A stretch of 64,000 bases of DNA from assembly GCA_034530615.2 (NCBI GenBank), contig JAVRCV020000032.1, positions 32,001 through 96,000 of the forward strand, read 5' to 3'. This DNA is from Aulosira sp. ZfuVER01. Its GTDB lineage: Bacteria; Cyanobacteriota; Cyanobacteriia; Cyanobacteriales; Nostocaceae. Each line of letters starts with the position of its first letter. The first letter of the stretch is position 1. Below, one piece after another: positions 1-7,660 of this stretch. The notes below the pieces were generated by a model that searched no databases, was not told where the DNA came from, and saw nothing but the letters and a program-made list of their open reading frames with translations. A program made the translations under genes and the position numbers.

Positions 1-949
1 GCCGTCCCGTATCTCTGTAGAGGTTGCCAAGTTGCTTGCCAGTTTCTTCCCGATCCAATAACTGATAAATTGCTTGAGCTTCGGCTTCGGGAAGCAGTTC
101 GGCTAAGTTATCTCGCAATGCTTCTAAGCCGTAAAATACTGGGTTGTAGCCGTCCTCTTCTAAAGTGAAGTCGATGAGAACAGAGCGATCGCATATTTTG
201 ACAAAATCGTCCTGAATTGCCTCAAAAGCTCGATTAACTTCTTCGTAATCTGGCGGGTAAGTTGGGTGATCGGCTGTACTTGAAGGATAAACCTCATGCA
301 AACAAGTAACAGCTAGTAAGCAGGGAATATCTGGATACTGCTGACGCAAATTCTGTGCAATTTGACGTAATGTGTCAGTAGCAAAATCGTTAATTTTCAC
401 AGTTAAAATCAACACTCTGGCGCTGCGAGTTGATTGTTCTAAATCTCCAACTAACTCTTTAATAATTGCCTGAGTATCCTGCTTGACATCTCCCAACCCT
501 ACAGTATCTGTAAAAATCAGCAAAGGTAGGTCAGCAGAAGGATAGGCGTAGCGCTGAGTATGTTGCGTGTGCGGGCGAAATCCTTGACCAACAATTTCCG
601 CCGAAACTCCTGTTAATCCCCGCACAATCGAACTTTTACCTGCTTGGGGTTTGCCAATTAACAGAGCTTCAGTTGTTGGCAATTCTGCTCGAACTGTCTC
701 TAAAATCTCCGCAATCTGAGTTTCGCTGACGCTAAACCATTTAACAACAGTTTGTGCTACTTGGTCTACAGGTAATAATTGCACTAGGCGAGGTGTTGCC
801 TTTTGCCAAACATCAGCAATCCGATTTTTCCAAGAATCATCAGCAGGTGGCGCAGTCGGCAAATTTTCCGACTCCAGGCGATCGCCTTGAGATTCATTTA
901 ACTGCTGAGAATTCGCTGACAATGAATCAGCATCACGTTGCTCAGTCAT
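1..949 (-). CDS. P-loop GTPase (YcjF/Era-like family), 3' end runs off the window
   Basis: Not in the ORF track. Manual translation from ATG at 949 gives MTEQRDADS...LLIGKPQAGKSSIVRGL (G1) and FTDTVGLG (G3). The frame is open to the window edge. Confidence 0.8.
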   Translation of the reverse strand, partial: MTEQRDADSLSANSQQLNESQGDRLESENLPTAPPADDSWKNRIADVWQKATPRLVQLLPVDQVAQTVVKWFSVSETQIAEILETVRAELPTTEALLIGKPQAGKSSIVRGLTGVSAEIVGQGFRPHTQHTQRYAYPSADLPLLIFTDTVGLGDVKQDTQAIIKELVGDLEQSTRSARVLILTVKINDFATDTLRQIAQNLRQQYPDIPCLLAVTCLHEVYPSSTADHPTYPPDYEEVNRAFEAIQDDFVKICDRSVLIDFTLEEDGYNPVFYGLEALRDNLAELLPEAEAQAIYQLLDREETGKQLGNLYRDTGR

Positions 950-1121
950 TGGTATAAAAACGGCAGATGGATGCCACAGAAACATACTCCCACGCTGATG
1001 CTAGCATACAGCGTGGGCTTCTCAACCAATCAGTCTAATGCTTAGGAAGCGTTGAGCTTTGTATGACTTAGGCATTCACAGAAAATACCAAATATAAATT
1101 ACTGAGAAAACTACATCTGTC

Positions 1122-1150
1122 GTAAGAGTTTAGCATTGCTAAACTCTTAC
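1122..1150. repeat. Perfect 29-bp palindrome (REP-like small dispersed repeat)
   Basis: GTAAGAGTTTAGCA-T-TGCTAAACTCTTAC. Confidence 0.8.
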
Positions 1151-1244
1151 AGCGCGGCTGTTTGAAATTGGGCTAATTTTTGCAACTTATGCCAAACTTC
1201 TGTAGTGCATAAACTTATGAGTCTTGATAGGCTACAACATTTAT

Positions 1245-2474
1245 ATGAAACAGATTCAATGGCTGGTGGTTTGGAGCCTTAGTCTTTGGACATTATCATC
1301 AACTAAGTTACAAGCTGCTCAAGTATATGAAAGCGGCAAATTGTTTACAGAATTAACAACACCAGTGATTTCTAGAGACAATTTAGAAAACTTCAACCTT
1401 GAAACTATAAAAATCAATAACAATAACTCAAAAGTCCTACCCTCTCGATTCGAGCAAAGTCCTTTTTTAATTGCTGCACCTGAAAATTTTAATCCTGGTC
1501 TGCAAGTACCGCCACCATTACCAAAACTGCCGCCAAATCCTAGCCCACCATCAACTTCTGCTGAAACAATTGAGCCATTCGCAGTTTTAGACAGCATCCA
1601 AACTGACTTTCGTAATGATACAGATAACTTCGGTCAACATAATTTGTTCATCGAACCAACATTTCAGTTTCGGTTGCCTAATGGCAATAAACTACTTTTC
1701 ACAACAGGCTTTGACTTTTTTAAGCAACGGGGTGTGGAATCAATTACTAATATTCCTTTTCAAATTGGTTGGCAAGGAAAACTTGGAGAAGTAACTCTGC
1801 AAACAGCCGCAGGAGTTGATATGTTCAACCGTTTACCTATAGCGATAAATTTCAATGCTAAAGTTGAAGTCCCTATTGTAGCGCCGAGAGTTTCTGATTC
1901 GGGAAAATTACTTTCGGCTGTAATCATATCAGCAAACTTAGACCACAGTCCTTATAAATTTAATGCCCGAACTTTAGATAATCAAATTACGGCTTGGCGC
2001 TTTGGGCCTGATTTATATTGGCAGATTGATCGAAATACTAGCTTGTTTTCTTCATTGCGCTTGGGTAACTACAACGACGGTAATTCAGAAATTCAATCTT
2101 TTAGCAGACTAGAACGCAAGTTTGGACAATTTTCTGTGGCGGCTAACTTGTTCACCTGGAGTTACGATCGCAATGTAGAACGCACCAGTGGCTATTTTTC
2201 TCCACCAGATTTTTTAGTATACAACGCTGAGGTGGCTTGGGAGGGAGATATTGCCAATTTCTTGCGCTGTCGATTAGCTGCAAATTTAGGACAGCAGCGA
2301 CTTAACGGTGAATTTGATAATGCTAATGCTTATCAAACTCGCTGTACAGCCAAGCTTTCACCGGAAATAGAGGCAGATTTAGGCTATAGCTTTAGTAATG
2401 TGCGGAATCAAGACACGGGGGGGAGTGCTTACGGTGGTAACTCTTTAACAGGACAATTGCGGGTCAAATTTTAA
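1245..2474 (+). CDS. Putative outer-membrane beta-barrel, polysaccharide export porin-like (BcsC C-terminal/PgaA-like)
   Basis: Signal peptide and Pro-rich linker, then alternating beta-strand pattern. GYFSP motif resembles BcsC/PgaA barrels. C-terminal Phe (GQLRVKF) fits a BAM signal. Heads the glucan locus. Confidence 0.6.
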   Translation: MKQIQWLVVWSLSLWTLSSTKLQAAQVYESGKLFTELTTPVISRDNLENFNLETIKINNNNSKVLPSRFEQSPFLIAAPENFNPGLQVPPPLPKLPPNPSPPSTSAETIEPFAVLDSIQTDFRNDTDNFGQHNLFIEPTFQFRLPNGNKLLFTTGFDFFKQRGVESITNIPFQIGWQGKLGEVTLQTAAGVDMFNRLPIAINFNAKVEVPIVAPRVSDSGKLLSAVIISANLDHSPYKFNARTLDNQITAWRFGPDLYWQIDRNTSLFSSLRLGNYNDGNSEIQSFSRLERKFGQFSVAANLFTWSYDRNVERTSGYFSPPDFLVYNAEVAWEGDIANFLRCRLAANLGQQRLNGEFDNANAYQTRCTAKLSPEIEADLGYSFSNVRNQDTGGSAYGGNSLTGQLRVKF

Positions 2475-2513
2475 GCAGTAGGGCGACGCAGATAAAGCTA
2501 ACTGGCGGGGATC

Positions 2514-2590
2514 GTCATTTGTCATTTGTCCTTTGTCATTTGTCATTTGTCCTTTGTCATTTGTCATTTGTCCTTTGTCATTTGTCATTT
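2514..2590. repeat. Heptamer tandem repeat (STRR-type), 11 units
   Basis: (GTCATTT GTCATTT GTCCTTT)x3 + GTCATTT x2. Confidence 0.9.
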
Positions 2591-2768
2591 GTAATTAAAA
2601 ATCTAGCCGATCTGAGAGTAAGCGAATGCATTTATAAAATAAATCTAAAATTTAAAATCCAAAAGCCGAAATTGACTCACTGTGTGTTATTTGCATTTGC
2701 AAGCTGGGAAAAATGAGATGTTAAGGCTTCCAAAGTAACAGTGACTTCAAAAAAAGGCTTTTTACAAC

Positions 2769-4226
2769 ATGAGTTCTGATTTTCAACCGCCACCAAAAGG
2801 CTTATCCATACTTGCTTCTGTAGGAGGGGTAGTTACTGCAATAATTGCGATCGCTCTTTTAAATTTTTGGTCTGGTCGTCTTTCGCAAAATACACAAACA
2901 TCTGCAATATCAACATCTCAAACTGTTACTCCTACTCCTACTCCTACGGCAAACTTGGAACAACAAGCGCAAAAGGTGGCAAAACTTGATGCTGACTCTA
3001 TAGTTTTACAAGGAACAGTCATTACTCCTAGCGAACTAATCGACAAAACGCCATTTATTACGGCTGGAGACCAAAAACTGGATGCAGTTGACATGGCTGC
3101 TGCGCGTCTAGCTTGGTCATATTTTCAACGCAACTGGAACGATCAAACAGGCTTAGTTAACTCTGCTGATGGCTTTGCGGCTGTGACTATGTGGGATCAA
3201 GCAGCTGCGATCGCCGCTTTAGTTAGTGCGAGAGAACTCGATATCATCCCCGCCGCAGAATTTGAGGCGAAGATGACTAAGATGTTGCAGACTCTAGCAT
3301 CACTGCCTTTATATAAAGGTGAATTGCCTAACAAAGTCTACAATGCCAAAACTCTTATACCTGTTAATTACGGACAATTAGAGAAAAAGGAAGAAGTTGG
3401 TTGGTCAGCCATTGATTTGGGACGGATGGCAATATGGCTGAAGATTGTCGAAGCCAAGTATCCCAAAATGCGATCGCCTGTACAAGCTGTGTGGAAGCAT
3501 TGGCAAGTCAAGCGCCTCACCAAAAACGGGCAAATGTACGGTACTGCCGTTGTTAAAGATAAAGAACAGTATAACCAAGAAGGTCGCTTGGGCTACGAGA
3601 ATTATGCTGCCTACGGTTTGAAACTGTGGGGTTTAGATGTCAAGCAAGCCTTAGATCATAAATCTAATACCGCCTTTGTTAATCTTTACGGACAGGGAGT
3701 TCCCTACGATCGCCGCGACGCTAAAAACTCAGGTGCAAATAACTACGTTCTCAGCGAACCTTATATACTCGATGGCATAGAAACAGGATTTAAAGCCTTG
3801 CCTAAAGCTTATGCTGACAGAATTTTAGCTGCTCAAGAAGCGCGTTATCAAGCAACAAACGAATTAACTGCCCTCACAGAAGATAACTTAGATCGTCCGC
3901 CGTATTTTGTGTACAACAGCTTGTTTGTTAACGGCAAACCTTGGGCAACAATTACCGATACCCAAGAACAGCATAACAATTTACGATTCCTCAGTGCTAA
4001 AGCTGCGATCGGCTGGAATGTACTTTACAACACTGCTTACACCCATTCCCTAGCTGATACAGTCTTCAACAAACTGAAATCTGATAAAGGTTGGTACAAC
4101 GGATTGTACGAATCTCTGCGTCAGCCAAATAAATCTCTCACCGCTAACAATAATGGTGTAATTCTGGAAAGCTTTCTTTATAAACAAGTTGGTAAACCTC
4201 TTACCGTCTGGGCGGGAGTAAATTGA
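2769..4226 (+). CDS. DUF3131 domain protein (putative beta-glucan-active glycoside hydrolase/transglycosylase), N-terminal membrane anchor
   Basis: Motifs AWSYF, TMWD, ELPNKVYN, GWSAIDLGR, EGRLGYE, SEPYIL, TEDNLDRPPYF and NNNG are typical of DUF3131. A TM helix and Thr/Pro linker precede the domain. Confidence 0.8.
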   Translation: MSSDFQPPPKGLSILASVGGVVTAIIAIALLNFWSGRLSQNTQTSAISTSQTVTPTPTPTANLEQQAQKVAKLDADSIVLQGTVITPSELIDKTPFITAGDQKLDAVDMAAARLAWSYFQRNWNDQTGLVNSADGFAAVTMWDQAAAIAALVSARELDIIPAAEFEAKMTKMLQTLASLPLYKGELPNKVYNAKTLIPVNYGQLEKKEEVGWSAIDLGRMAIWLKIVEAKYPKMRSPVQAVWKHWQVKRLTKNGQMYGTAVVKDKEQYNQEGRLGYENYAAYGLKLWGLDVKQALDHKSNTAFVNLYGQGVPYDRRDAKNSGANNYVLSEPYILDGIETGFKALPKAYADRILAAQEARYQATNELTALTEDNLDRPPYFVYNSLFVNGKPWATITDTQEQHNNLRFLSAKAAIGWNVLYNTAYTHSLADTVFNKLKSDKGWYNGLYESLRQPNKSLTANNNGVILESFLYKQVGKPLTVWAGVN

Positions 4227-4254
4227 GGCGGCTGTTGCATTTTTTGCGATATTG

Positions 4255-4298
4255 AACCACAGATAAACACCGATATTTATCTGTGTTCATCTGTGGTT
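4255..4298. repeat. Palindromic small dispersed repeat (second copy at 10607-10650); possible bidirectional terminator
   Basis: AACCACAGATAAACAC...GTGTTCATCTGTGGTT between convergent genes. Confidence 0.65.
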
Positions 4299-4319
4299 TT
4301 TTATTCTTGATCCCAACAA

Positions 4320-4688
4320 TCACTCAGTAGGTATTACTGTTTGCTTGACTGCTGGGCGTGCTTTCTTGCGATTTGACTTGCGCGTTCCCCCAGCCATCCC
4401 ATACTCATCACTATTTTTGCCATACTGAGATGCAACATTCAGCAGCATCTGTTCGGAATAACTATTTAACTCACGTTCGGCTTCTAGTAATGCATTCTGT
4501 GTTTTATCCACTATCGTTCGTGCTTGATTGTAAGTCGCTAGCTTCTCTCGGATATCCAGAATTTTGCTATTGTAACCAGCGATTGAGTATCCATTGCCAA
4601 AGTCTAACTGAGAATTAATCATCTGCATTCCTTCAATCCGTCGTTCAGCTTTGGTGAGTGCGGGGGAGTTGCGTTTGCGTTGCGCCAT
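4320..4688 (-). CDS. Conserved hypothetical helical protein with basic termini
   Basis: 122 aa with LDFGNGYS and YGKNSDEY..AGG.RKS motifs, which I recall from a widespread uncharacterised family. Confidence 0.75.
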   Translation of the reverse strand: MAQRKRNSPALTKAERRIEGMQMINSQLDFGNGYSIAGYNSKILDIREKLATYNQARTIVDKTQNALLEAERELNSYSEQMLLNVASQYGKNSDEYGMAGGTRKSNRKKARPAVKQTVIPTE

Positions 4689-4900
4689 AAAGTTTTCCTT
4701 TTGGGATTTGAAGATAAAGAACCTAAAAAACCATACTTAGTTCTTTGTATACAACTACAATACGCACTAAGCAGATGCAGTAGCCTGAGTGAAGCTACAG
4801 AATCTTTGAAAGCATAAAGAATAGCAAATTGGATAAATGCGGGTATTTTTGCGGAAATAAGTCTACAAAAACAGGTTTATGAGTTGTGAAGCTAAAATAC

Positions 4901-5041
4901 GAATCAAAAACTTAATTTGCGAATCAGAAACTTAATTTGCGAATCAAAAACTTAATTTGCGAATCAAAAACTTAATTTGCGAATCGCAAAACTTGATTTG
5001 CGAATCAGAAACTTAATTTGCGAATCAGAAACTTGATTTGC
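4901..5041. repeat. Tandem repeat, 7 x ~20 bp (GAATCARAAACTTRATTTGC), ending next to a HIP1 site
   Basis: Six 20-bp units and one 21-bp unit read directly. GCGATCGC lies at 5045-5052. Confidence 0.95.
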
Positions 5042-5096
5042 GAAGCGATCGCTATCATTGTTGTTATTCCACAGCAAATATCTTAAGCTTTGGCTC

Positions 5097-5447
5097 TCAC
5101 AAAGGTAAATACAACACAACTCCATTCCATTCTGCTTGTTCACTAAAATCGATCAGTAGTAACAACTCGTCAATTGCCTGTCGAATTGGCATCCGATCGT
5201 TGACCACAAACATCCCTGCCATCGCTTCTCCTCCAACCAAACGCTCATAAGCAAAATCTGGCATCATTGCACGATCGTGAGTCAGAAGGATACGCTGATT
5301 AATTGCTGCCCAAGCTAAAATTGCTGGATCGTCTACTTCTCGCAAACCAACATCTTGAACTCGAAGTAGATCGAGATTAGGTTGACGCAAAAACAGTCCT
5401 CGAACAATGTCACCGTTGAAGTTCTCATCGCTTAACAAACTCAGCAT
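5097..5447 (-). CDS. DUF5615 / VapC45-like PIN-domain toxin
   Basis: LSDENF, D..ILAWA...RILLTHD motifs; paired with the upstream DUF433 gene. Confidence 0.85.
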   Translation of the reverse strand: MLSLLSDENFNGDIVRGLFLRQPNLDLLRVQDVGLREVDDPAILAWAAINQRILLTHDRAMMPDFAYERLVGGEAMAGMFVVNDRMPIRQAIDELLLLIDFSEQAEWNGVVLYLPL

Positions 5448-5455
5448 AATCGGTG

Positions 5456-5785
5456 CTACTGATTCTGCTGAGATAGTAAACGAGTACGAATTAGGCTGAG
5501 ATCGGGTTGAATACTAGACAAACGTTGCTGCACTGATTCAGCTAACTGCTCTCTCTGATTTAAGTATGCTTGTACAGCATCTTGGTGTCGAAGATAGTAA
5601 CCAATTGTGTTGTAGACATCAGACAAAGATAGAGTTGAGTATCGATGAACAATAGACTCAGGGGATGCACCATCATGAAACGCTCGGATCACAGTCTCCA
5701 GCAAAACCCTTGAATTCCCAACTCGAATTGCTCCGGTTTCATCTTCCCATAGAGGCGGTGTCTCACGTTCCAAAACAAGGCTCAT
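5456..5785 (-). CDS. DUF433 domain antitoxin (VapB45-like)
   Basis: IRVGNSRV..ETVI..F..GASPE.I...Y.TL.L.DVY pattern. Confidence 0.85.
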   Translation of the reverse strand: MSLVLERETPPLWEDETGAIRVGNSRVLLETVIRAFHDGASPESIVHRYSTLSLSDVYNTIGYYLRHQDAVQAYLNQREQLAESVQQRLSSIQPDLSLIRTRLLSQQNQ

Positions 5786-5917
5786 GAATTAACTTTCCTA
5801 GATCCAGTACAAAACGATCGTAACTTAATGCAGAGCGCAATTGCTTTGTTGAGTGGCTGAAAGAGCCTTGCATAATAAAGTATGAATTGAGCGATCGCGC
5901 ATTCCTGCATTACAATT

Positions 5918-6124
5918 TTACTCCCCACGTCCTGGTTTGCAATCTGCAAAACCTAATGCCTCAGTATCAAGAAAACTGGCGATCGCCATCTCAATTACTG
6001 CTTCGATGGGATATTCAATTTCAGTAGCACGAGCAACCAAAGCTTCTCGAATTCTTTCAGGCAAACGTTCCAAGATAACTTCGGCATCAGAGGGAGAAAG
6101 TTGCTCTTGAAATTTAGCTTGCAT
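5918..6124 (-). CDS. Small conserved hypothetical protein (possible antitoxin/RHH-like)
   Basis: 68-aa ORF with an upstream GGAAGG RBS-like site; IEYPIEAVIEMAIASFL motif. Confidence 0.65.
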   Translation of the reverse strand: MQAKFQEQLSPSDAEVILERLPERIREALVARATEIEYPIEAVIEMAIASFLDTEALGFADCKPGRGE

Positions 6125-6262
6125 AACTTTACCTTCCCCTAAATTTTCTCACAGCCTAACATCATGGCTTGTTGTCAGTTGTTTTAATAACCTTTTTAGC
6201 CTATGCCTAAGCGATCGCCCATGACTGCTATCGCTAGCTGTATCCTAATTTCGCTAAACTTT

Positions 6263-6349
6263 TGGTAACGTTCCCCATCAGCGGCGACAGAATATAACTG
6301 AAACGAAGTGAGAATACTCTGTAAGTCCACTGCATTAGGGTTGTTATGC
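6263..6349 (-). mobile_element. attC-like integron cassette recombination site (87 bp)
   Basis: Minus strand reads GCATAAC-AACCC-TAATGCAGTGGAC...ACAGAGTAT..ATATTCTGT...GCCGCTGATGGG-GAAC-GTTACCA. This gives AAC/GTT core boxes, complementary L-like boxes and an inner stem, just downstream of vapC. Confidence 0.6.
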
Positions 6350-6381
6350 CGCAATTAACACGACTTATTTCTATTGACGCT

Positions 6382-6810
6382 TCAAACCGTCCAATCTTCA
6401 GTCACTAACCCCTCCACTTTACTAAAATCTCGAAGATTACGGGTTAACAAAATCAATCCACGGGATAGCGTAATGGCTGCGATCCTAGCATCCATCTTTG
6501 CAAGTTGAATCCGTTGCGACTGTAATTGACTCAATGCCGTAGCTGCACCTGCATCAAACGAAACGAGGGGTAACACCTTGAAGTCGCGGACGAGTCGCGT
6601 CATCATTTCATACCCCTTCACGATGTCATTTAAGTAACGAGCGCGATTGATATAAGTGTGGCTGCCAAGCATCTGCTCGTGAAATGTTACTGTCGATACA
6701 GCAAAATCTGATAGTGGATAGTGAGCCATGCGTGTTGAAAGGTTAGTGTAATCCTGTCCTGCTTGTCGCTGAAGAATGCTCAGATGATCCGTATCTAATA
6801 AATACTTCAT
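6382..6810 (-). CDS. vapC: VapC family PIN-domain toxin
   Basis: YLLDTD start, D..IAA, LLTRN.RDF motifs. Confidence 0.9.
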   Translation of the reverse strand: MKYLLDTDHLSILQRQAGQDYTNLSTRMAHYPLSDFAVSTVTFHEQMLGSHTYINRARYLNDIVKGYEMMTRLVRDFKVLPLVSFDAGAATALSQLQSQRIQLAKMDARIAAITLSRGLILLTRNLRDFSKVEGLVTEDWTV

Positions 6811-7022
6811 GGCTCGTCTTGCGCTTCGAGAATAGATTCATCGCCTTGACGAATCGCTCGACCATAAGCAAGTACCTCTTCAAAAGCAGGTTCATCCTTA
6901 AAAGACCCTGTAATTTGTTGCAGCCAATTGGTTGCTTGAGGAGTCGCAACTTGCTTCTGCAATTCAGCAATCGCTGCTTCGACTGCTGCTAGCCGTTCCT
7001 CTAAAGAAGTGTTAGTTGCCAT
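6807..7022 (-). CDS. Putative antitoxin for the downstream VapC
   Basis: 71 aa, acidic, ATGA overlap with vapC; W...ITGSFKDEPAFEE motif. Confidence 0.75.
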   Translation of the reverse strand: MATNTSLEERLAAVEAAIAELQKQVATPQATNWLQQITGSFKDEPAFEEVLAYGRAIRQGDESILEAQDEP

Positions 7023-7211
7023 TTGATTTTCCTCATCATCACTTAATTAGTTGTTTTTGTCTGAAGAATAGCGCGTCTGGTTTTGTAATTTCTGCAACGT
7101 CATCGGCCTTTCTCCAAAGCTCTCTAGGCTCATTGTAAATTGCTGCTGAGGCTTTATCCTCTAGATTTTCTGCTAGCCTGTTGGTGCTATAACGCTCACC
7201 TATTATCACCT

Positions 7212-7580
7212 TCAAAGCGTTGCCTTATCATCGAAAGACAAAATGATCTGTCCGTCTTGCAGTGAAGCTCGAATCGTAATCTGTTCGTCATCACGTATCT
7301 CTATGTGGAGCGTATTCGACTCCATCCGGTCTGGCTTACTTACATTATGCTCTCGCAAGACTACGCTGTAATTTCCTGCTTTGAGACGGGTGTAAACGCT
7401 ATTCGGTGGTGCTAAATGGGCAAATCTTGCTCCTGTTCCATAAACATTGCGATTGATGTAAAGCTTGTAAGCACATATACCACCGACCAAAGAAGTATCG
7501 CCCTGCACAATCAATGTGGAGCGGTTTGCTGCGTCCCACTCTTTGTTAAATTTCTCCCAGAAACCGAAAATGGATCTCAT
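7212..7580 (-). CDS. Hypothetical protein (beta-rich)
   Basis: 122-aa ATG ORF co-oriented with the small-gene array; no recognised motif. Confidence 0.55.
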   Translation of the reverse strand: MRSIFGFWEKFNKEWDAANRSTLIVQGDTSLVGGICAYKLYINRNVYGTGARFAHLAPPNSVYTRLKAGNYSVVLREHNVSKPDRMESNTLHIEIRDDEQITIRASLQDGQIILSFDDKATL

Positions 7581-7660
7581 GCGTGCAATGTCATCAAAGC
7601 TCGATTTACGGATATAACTGTACAGACGGGCTACGACCCTCCTAACTCCTTCTGTGCATT

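Noticed and set aside
754..957. 67-aa plus-strand ORF
   Set aside because: Antisense shadow of the GTPase gene.
2519..2716. ORF with (SFVLCHL)n
   Set aside because: It is a translation of the heptamer repeat.
4901..5041. CRISPR array
   Set aside because: The units are contiguous with no unique spacers, and there are no cas genes.
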